DNA of 19,592 nucleotides, taken from assembly GCA_031272965.1 (NCBI GenBank), contig JAISSS010000010.1, positions 1 through 19,592 on the forward strand, read 5' to 3'. The DNA is from Bacteroidales bacterium. Lineage in GTDB: Bacteria > Bacteroidota > Bacteroidia > Bacteroidales > Prolixibacteraceae. Of the stretch, positions 15,163 to 19,592 are shown piece by piece. Below the pieces are notes generated by a model that saw nothing but the letters and a program-made list of their open reading frames with translations, had not been told where the DNA came from and made no database searches. Numbering within the stretch: position 1 is the stretch's first letter; each line of letters starts with the position of its first letter. Made by a program: the position numbers and the translations under genes.

Positions 15163-16749
15163 ATGGACATAAATTATATGGACACAAATTATCTGATTTT
15201 AGTTGCGGCGCTGGCCGTAATAGTTTTTTTGACCATTCTTGGCATCCTTTCGCGGTACCGGCGGTGCAAGTCGGACGAGATACTCGTTATCTACGGAAAG
15301 ACCGGGGGCAATCGCTCCTCGCGCTGCATACAGGGGGGGGCGGCTTTTATCATCCCCGTGTTGCAGGGCTATGCCTACATGTCGCTGAAGCCGCTACAGT
15401 TTGACTGCAATCTGCAGAAGGCGCTGTCGTCGCAGAACATCCGTGTGGACGTGCCGACCACAGTAACGGTGGGCATCTCTACCGAGCAGGATGTCATGCA
15501 GGCCGCCGCAGAGCGTATCCTTGGCCTCGGACGGCAGGAAATTGAGGACCTCGTGAAAGACATCGTGTATGGCCAGATGCGTACCATCATTGCCGACATG
15601 ACCATCGAAAAGCTCAATTCCGACCGCGACGAGTTCCTCGCCAAAGCTAAAGGCCTGATTGATACGGAACTCCGCAAAATCGGACTGTATCTTATCAACA
15701 TCAACATCACGGACATCCGCGATGAGGCCGGCTATATCGTGGCGCTGGGCAAAAAAGACCAGGCCAAAGCCATCAATCAGGCCAACGTGGAAATATCCAC
15801 CGCCGAGCGCGAAGGCGAGACCAAAGTCGCCGAACAGCTGAAAATCAAGAACGCGACAGTGGCCGAGACCAAAAAAGATGAACAGATTGCCATCGCCAAT
15901 GCCCAGCGCGACCAGAGCATTAACGTGGCCCTGGCCGAATCGGAGCGCGATTCCCGCGTGGCGGAAGCCCAGAAAAACCGCGACATCAGTATCGCCAAAT
16001 ACAACTCCGAAGCGCGTATCGGCGAAATCGAGGCCAACAAGAAAATCACCGTCTCCAATGCCGAGCTCGAAGTTATAAAGGCCCAGTCGCAGGGGTTGGC
16101 CCAGTCGGCCGAAGAACGGGCCTTAGCCGAAATAGAGAAGGCCAAGGAACTCGCCCGCAAGGATGCCGAAGATGCCCGCGCAATGCGCACTGAAGCAGCC
16201 CTGAAAGCCCAACAGATTGTCCCCGCGGAAATCGCCAAAAAGCAAAAACTCATCGACGCTGAAGGCTACCAATTGAAGCTCGAAAAAGAGGCCGAAGCCA
16301 ACGCCAACCAAGCCCGCATAGAAGCCCAGGGCCGCGCCGACGCTATCACTTCGGAAGGCCTCGCCCAGGCGAAAATCATCGAACAGCAGGGCCTCGCCAA
16401 AGCCGCCGCCGAAAAAGCATCCCTCATGGCCCAGGCCGAAGGCTTTGAAGCGATGGTGAAAGTGGCCGAAAATAACCCCCAGGTCGCCATCCAATGGAAG
16501 ATGGTCGAACAGTGGAAAGAAATCGCCGCCGAACAGGTGAAAGCCTTCGAACATATAAATCTCGGAAACGTCAATGTGATGGACACCACCAAGGGGGGAA
16601 CCCTCACAAACCTGCTCACCGGCCTCGTGTCGGCGGTGGCGCCCGTTACCGACATCATGAAAACTATTCCGGGAATCCCCAATGCCCTGAAAATCAAGGA
16701 CGAGGCCGCCCCGACTGCCCCGACGTCCGATTTCGCCAAACAAGAGTAA
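15163..16749 (+). CDS. Flotillin-like SPFH/Band-7 protein (YqiK/FloT type)
   Basis: N-terminal TM helix. SPFH domain follows (DEILVIYGKTGG...FIIPVLQGYAYMSLKPLQFD). Long Ala/Glu-rich coiled-coil repeats (AEQ..., AEAQK...) are characteristic of flotillins. An alternative start is ATG 15178, because the first five codons are tandemly duplicated. Confidence 0.9.
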   Translation: MDINYMDTNYLILVAALAVIVFLTILGILSRYRRCKSDEILVIYGKTGGNRSSRCIQGGAAFIIPVLQGYAYMSLKPLQFDCNLQKALSSQNIRVDVPTTVTVGISTEQDVMQAAAERILGLGRQEIEDLVKDIVYGQMRTIIADMTIEKLNSDRDEFLAKAKGLIDTELRKIGLYLININITDIRDEAGYIVALGKKDQAKAINQANVEISTAEREGETKVAEQLKIKNATVAETKKDEQIAIANAQRDQSINVALAESERDSRVAEAQKNRDISIAKYNSEARIGEIEANKKITVSNAELEVIKAQSQGLAQSAEERALAEIEKAKELARKDAEDARAMRTEAALKAQQIVPAEIAKKQKLIDAEGYQLKLEKEAEANANQARIEAQGRADAITSEGLAQAKIIEQQGLAKAAAEKASLMAQAEGFEAMVKVAENNPQVAIQWKMVEQWKEIAAEQVKAFEHINLGNVNVMDTTKGGTLTNLLTGLVSAVAPVTDIMKTIPGIPNALKIKDEAAPTAPTSDFAKQE

Positions 16750-16755
16750 TAAAGT

Positions 16756-16974
16756 ATGCCCGTTATTGTAAACATAGACGTAATGATGGCTAAACGGAAG
16801 ATGTCCCTGAACGAGCTGAGCGCCCGCGTAGATATCAACATCTCGAACCTGTCTATCCTCAAAACCGGAAAGGCAAAAGCCATACGCATCAGCACTCTTG
16901 ATGCGCTGTGTCGGGAACTTGACTGCCAGCCGGGAGACCTGCTCGAATACAGACCATCTGCCGAATCGAAATGA
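16756..16974 (+). CDS. Small XRE-family helix-turn-helix transcriptional regulator (YozG/COG3655-like)
   Basis: 72 aa. MSLNELSARVDINISNLSILKTGKAKAIRISTLDALCRELDCQPGDLLEY matches the YozG-type HTH. Starts 6 bp after the flotillin stop. Confidence 0.75.
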   Translation: MPVIVNIDVMMAKRKMSLNELSARVDINISNLSILKTGKAKAIRISTLDALCRELDCQPGDLLEYRPSAESK

Positions 16975-16983
16975 CCTGCTCCG

Positions 16984-17009
16984 CCGGAGCTCTGTCAGCA
17001 GAGCTCCGG
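16984..17009 (+). terminator. Terminator-like GC-rich hairpin after the HTH gene, without a canonical U-tract
   Basis: Stem ccggagctctg pairs with cagagctccgg (11 bp) around a 4-nt loop. Begins 10 nt after the stop. Followed by cttgaacattcctgaacatt, not a T-run. Confidence 0.35.
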
Positions 17010-17082
17010 CTTGAACATTCCTGAACATTAAAAAAACAGCGTTTTAACAGTGTAATTTGAACGATTAAACATTTCTTTTTTA

Positions 17083-17090
17083 TACCTTTG
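17083..17090 (+). promoter_or_regulatory. Bacteroidetes -7 element TACCTTTG upstream of mscL
   Basis: tacctttg at 17083-17090, 34 nt before the mscL ATG. tttg at 17056-17059 is a possible -33 element. Confidence 0.4.
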
Positions 17091-17124
17091 TACTCAAATA
17101 CGTGTAACTTAATACAATATCGAA

Positions 17125-17523
17125 ATGAGTTTTTTGAAGGAATTTAAGGAGTTTGCAGTGCGCGGTAACGTGATAGACATGGCTGTAGGTGTGATTATCG
17201 GCGGCGCATTCGGGAAGATAGTATCTTCTTTCGTTAATGACGTTCTGATGCCGCCGCTGGGGATGCTGCTTGGCGGTACCGACTTCGGGCGGTTCTCTTT
17301 GACACTCAAGGAGGCGGTGGGAGAAACGCCCGCTGTAACGCTGAAATACGGCTCTTTTGTACAGACCGTTGTGGATTTTGTAATTATCGCTTTCGCCATT
17401 TTCCTCTTTATTAAGGGGATAAACAGCCTGAAGCGCAAGCATGAGGCCGCGCCGGTTGCCCCGCCGGAACCGTCAAATGGGGAAAAATTGCTGGCCGAAA
17501 TCCGCGACCTGCTCAAGAAGTAG
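17125..17523 (+). CDS. mscL: Large-conductance mechanosensitive channel MscL
   Basis: [46 protein letters not shown] is the canonical MscL N-terminus and TM1. A second TM helix and a charged C-terminal helix follow. Confidence 0.9.
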   Translation: MSFLKEFKEFAVRGNVIDMAVGVIIGGAFGKIVSSFVNDVLMPPLGMLLGGTDFGRFSLTLKEAVGETPAVTLKYGSFVQTVVDFVIIAFAIFLFIKGINSLKRKHEAAPVAPPEPSNGEKLLAEIRDLLKK

Positions 17524-17534
17524 GGGCGTCTGCG

Positions 17535-19364
17535 ATGGCAAAACTGCCGAACATATCGGCCAAACTCGGGGGCCGACGCGACAGTCCGGTTGGGCCTGCC
17601 GCCGAAAAATCGCGCGACTTTAAGGGAACCCTTGCAAGATTAGTGCGTTTTATGCGCCCTTTTTACGGGGGATTGGCTGTAGCTCTGCTCTTTACCGTGC
17701 TGAGTGCGGGGTTTGAAATATTCGCCCCGAAAATTCTGGGCAATGCTATTGATGTGCTGTTTGAGGGCGTAACTGACAGAGCCGCAGGTATCGATTTTAA
17801 GCAATTGTTTTCAATATTATTGCTGTTGCTTGGCATATACCTGCTGAGTGCGCTGTTTTCCTGGCTACAGGAATATGTGATGGCCGGAATTTCGGGCAAA
17901 ATTGTCAGCCGTATGCGGGAAGATGCAGGCAACAAGCTGCACCGGTTGCCGCTGAAATTCTTCGATTCCAACTCTCATGGCGACATCCTTAGCCGCTTCA
18001 CTAACGATATCGACACTGTCGGCGGAACGTTGCAGCAGAGTATCGTCCAAATCATCACTGCCGCGGCCACAATGCTCGGTATTATTACCATGATGCTGGT
18101 AATCAATCCCTTATTGAGTTTAGTAACATTTGTGGCGCTGCCGTTGAGTTTTCTGCTGACCGGAATGATTGCTTCCCGCTCACAGCGGTTCTTTGTCGGA
18201 CAGGCGCAGGGATTGGGGCGCCTTAACGGACATATCGAAGAGATGCTGGGCGCTCATGCTGTTGTGAAGGCGTTCAATTATGAACATAAGTCTATAAATA
18301 CATTCCAGCAATACAATAACACTCTGTATGCGTGTGGCTGGAAAGCGCAGTTTGCCTCCAGCGTAATTCATCCGGTGATGAATTTTACCGGTAATTTGAT
18401 GTATGTAATTATCTGTGTATTAGGGTGTTATATGGTCGTTGCCGGACGTATCACCTTGGGGTCGGTGCAGGCCTTCATCACCTATTCAAGGCGGTTTAAC
18501 CAGCCGGTGATGCAGCTTTCACAGCTCGTCAACGTATTGCAGTCAACGGTGGCGGCGGCAGAGCGGTATTTTGAAATTATGGACGAGCCGGAAGAGAGCC
18601 ATCCTGCGGATAATCCCCATCTTCCTGCAACCCCGCGCGGGAGCGTCGATTTTGCGCATGTTTCGTTCCGCTATATGCCGGACCGCCCGCTGCTCGAAGA
18701 CGTGGATATCCGCGTTGAGCCGGGGCAATTGGTGGCCATCGTGGGACCAACCGGCGCCGGAAAAACCACATTGGTAAACCTGCTCATGCGCTTCTACCTG
18801 CCCGACAGCGGGCGCATCGCTATCGACGGCATCGACATCAACGACATGGGACGCAAGCAGTTACATTCGCTTACCGGCATGGTGTTGCAGGATACATGGC
18901 TGTTTAAGGGCACTATCCGCGAAAATATCGCTTTCGGACGGCGCGGCGCCACAGACGACGAGGTGATACACGCCGCAAAACTCGCCTGTGCCGACGGCTT
19001 CATCCGCGCTCTGCCCGACGGCTACGACACCCTCATCAATGAAGAAGCCGCCAACATCTCGCAGGGGCAAAAACAGTTGCTCACAATTGCCCGCGCACTG
19101 ATTGTACAGCCCTCAATTATCATCCTCGACGAGGCCACTTCTTCGGTGGATACCCGCACCGAAATCCTTATACAGCGGGCCATGAAACAAATCATGTATG
19201 CACACACCAGCTTCGTTATTGCCCATCGCCTGTCCACTATCCGCGAAGCCGACAATATCCTTGTCATGAAAGACGGTAACATCATCGAACAGGGTACCCA
19301 TAATGAACTCCTCGCCCGAAAAGGATTCTATTACGAACTGTATAACAGCCAGAGGGATAGATAA
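17535..19364 (+). CDS. ABC transporter permease/ATP-binding protein (type I exporter half-transporter, MsbA/multidrug-like)
   Basis: N-terminal six-helix TMD. NBD with Walker A GPTGAGKTT, ABC signature ISQGQKQLLTIARAL, and Walker B IIILDEATSSVD. Begins 11 nt after mscL. Confidence 0.9.
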   Translation: MAKLPNISAKLGGRRDSPVGPAAEKSRDFKGTLARLVRFMRPFYGGLAVALLFTVLSAGFEIFAPKILGNAIDVLFEGVTDRAAGIDFKQLFSILLLLLGIYLLSALFSWLQEYVMAGISGKIVSRMREDAGNKLHRLPLKFFDSNSHGDILSRFTNDIDTVGGTLQQSIVQIITAAATMLGIITMMLVINPLLSLVTFVALPLSFLLTGMIASRSQRFFVGQAQGLGRLNGHIEEMLGAHAVVKAFNYEHKSINTFQQYNNTLYACGWKAQFASSVIHPVMNFTGNLMYVIICVLGCYMVVAGRITLGSVQAFITYSRRFNQPVMQLSQLVNVLQSTVAAAERYFEIMDEPEESHPADNPHLPATPRGSVDFAHVSFRYMPDRPLLEDVDIRVEPGQLVAIVGPTGAGKTTLVNLLMRFYLPDSGRIAIDGIDINDMGRKQLHSLTGMVLQDTWLFKGTIRENIAFGRRGATDDEVIHAAKLACADGFIRALPDGYDTLINEEAANISQGQKQLLTIARALIVQPSIIILDEATSSVDTRTEILIQRAMKQIMYAHTSFVIAHRLSTIREADNILVMKDGNIIEQGTHNELLARKGFYYELYNSQRDR

Positions 19365-19592
19365 ATGTAGAGTGTAGAGTGTAGGCTTGACCCGCAATGG
19401 GCGCCGGCCCACCCCGTCATTGCGGGCTTGACCCGCAATCCCCTTGTCTGAACCCGGATTCATCTGATTTTACGATTGCCGTGATTTTCGTACCTGCCCC
19501 CGGCCCTATCCAAGGGCGAGGGGGACGCACGGCCGTTGCAGAGACGCACGGCCGTGCGTCCATACAGCCCCCGTCATTGCGGGCAAGGCAAG
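19365..19592. repeat. Repeat-dense, GC-rich structured region at the window edge: heptamer tandem repeat, alternating inverted copies of cccgcaat/attgcggg, and an 18-bp perfect palindrome
   Basis: tgtagag x2.7 at 19366-19384. cttgacccgcaat at 19386-19398 and 19427-19439. ccccgtcattgcgggc at 19412-19427 and 19569-19584. gacgcacggccgt at 19524-19536 and 19543-19555. Palindrome gacgcacggccgtgcgtc at 19543-19560. Confidence 0.6.

Noticed and set aside
16123-17028. 301-aa and 209-aa minus-strand ORFs antisense to the flotillin gene
   Set aside because: Antisense of the Ala/Glu-rich coiled-coil coding region yields long open frames by composition alone. The flotillin call is unambiguous.
1-19592. 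CRISPR arrays, tRNA/rRNA genes, transposase/integrase genes
   Set aside because: No regularly spaced direct repeats with unique spacers. No tRNA-like cloverleaf signatures (GTTCGA-type T-loops) were noticed. No ORF shows DDE/tyrosine-recombinase motifs.

Overview
This window reads as Bacteroidales (Bacteroidota) chromosomal DNA, judged from the -7 promoter motif TAnnTTTG recurring 16-36 bp before several start codons, ECF sigma factors of the Bacteroides type, and the absence of Shine-Dalgarno sequences. GC is roughly 50-58% for most genes. Reading left to right, the window holds seven blocks. (1) The 3' end of a surface-polysaccharide (CPS/O-antigen-like) locus: a 5'-partial, AT-rich family-3 acyltransferase, a GT4 glycosyltransferase, an N-truncated and frameshifted AAA-ATPase pseudogene flanked by short direct repeats, and a WbaP-type initiating sugar-phosphate transferase. 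(2) A minus-strand glycan-utilisation pair: a GH172/DUF2961 hydrolase and a secreted fusion of a xylose-isomerase-like TIM barrel with a sialate-O-acetylesterase (SASA) domain. Directly upstream sit two paralogous ECF sigma factors in tandem and a 77-aa ORF, with no anti-sigma and no SusC/SusD. (3) nrnA, a DHH phosphoesterase. (4) A minus-strand operon of a Tat-exported MBL-fold hydrolase and a TlpA-like thioredoxin. Its promoter module (about 30 bp) is duplicated and precisely brackets an extra 95-aa ORF. (5) An NfeD-flotillin (YqiJ/YqiK-like) operon followed by a small XRE/YozG-like HTH regulator. (6) mscL and a MsbA-like ABC exporter. (7) A repeat-dense, hairpin-rich GC-rich tail at the window edge. 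No rRNA, tRNA or CRISPR array is evident. All functional calls are made by eye from motifs and remembered family signatures, with no database searches run, and should be confirmed by HMM/BLAST.
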